Positions 63,330-64,000 of a DNA stretch of 64,000 nucleotides are shown piece by piece. The notes beneath the pieces were generated by a model. That model ran no database searches. It worked only from the letters and a program-made list of their open reading frames with translations, and was not told where the DNA came from. How positions within the stretch are numbered: position 1 is the first letter of the stretch; every line of letters starts with the position of its first letter. The position numbers and the translations under genes are program-made. Source of the DNA: Gekko japonicus (lineage: Eukaryota); contig NW_015164672.1 of assembly GCF_001447785.1 (NCBI RefSeq), forward strand, positions 873,744-937,743, written 5' to 3'.

Positions 63330-64000
63330 TGCTGATTCCTTATGTGCGCAGGAGGCTTTCTCAGTCACTGCAATTGAGCTTGCGCATCTCTTGTACATAT
63401 TGTGGTAAGATCTAACAGGCGCTAGAGGCAAGCGAGGTTGAGCTGCGCAGACAAAAAAAAGCCCTAACAACAGACGTTCAGAAAATAAAGCCCAGAAGGA
63501 AGCCGGGAAAGGATCGTCTTCATTTTTTTCCTTCCCAGCATGCTCTCCAGTTCGTGCAACAAACAGATGAGAGCTGTGATAACCACCTCCGTATTTAGTG
63601 CTGTGCTAATACTCGGAATTAAATTTGCATCCCGGGGGAGGGGGCGACACAAAGATGCACAGCATCTAGTCCCGCGGGCTCTGCCGCTCGGCTCTGAGCT
63701 CCCAGGGTTTAAAAGGCAGGCTGGGAAGTAAGACGCACTAGACGGTCGTTTTGGCGCCCACTGCAGACAATCCAAAAGACGCCTCTCCTACCTAAAGCCC
63801 GCTCCATCCGTAAGCCGCCCTCCTGCAAATGCCTCATTGGAATGAACGGGAGTGGCTCGGTGGCTGACATTCTAGTGTGCAGGATTGCCAGTTCCAGGTT
63901 GGAAAGAAAATGCGTGGAGATTTGGGGGCAGAGCCTGGGGAGGACGGGATTTGGGGAGGGGAGGGGTCTCAGCAGCCTCCAAAGCAGCCATTTTCTCCAA

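Overview
Eukaryotic (vertebrate) genomic DNA. The repeat content (Sauria SINE, Squam3-like SINE, CR1, BovB/RTE, Penelope-like pieces and many hAT-type MITEs) points to a squamate reptile, probably a gecko; that assignment is inference. Four spliced protein-coding genes and one tRNA can be read directly: ABI3 (minus strand, coding exons 1-2; the rest lies left of the window), cone transducin gamma GNGT2 (plus, complete, 69 aa), GARIN5A/FAM71E1-like (minus, 3 coding exons, 188 aa), EMC10 (plus, head-to-head with GARIN5A, with both the secreted-type and membrane-type terminal exons), and tRNA-Gln(TTG) (minus). Almost all listed six-frame ORFs are spurious or repeat-derived. Main observations: (i) the GARIN5A-EMC10 pair (human 19q13) sits inside the ABI3-GNGT2-tRNA-Gln(TTG) interval (human 17q21, from memory); (ii) a near-intact second copy of ABI3 exon 1 lies inside a transposon mosaic, one of three local templated insertions; (iii) a retroelement inserted exactly at the EMC10 exon-4 splice donor, duplicated it, and carries a perfect 32-bp hairpin; (iv) a Penelope-type minimal hammerhead ribozyme motif; (v) two tandem duplications that may be assembly artefacts. 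There are four N gaps: 27054-27111, 44076-44622, 51730-51788 and 58400-58462. No prokaryotic-type system (CRISPR etc.) is present.
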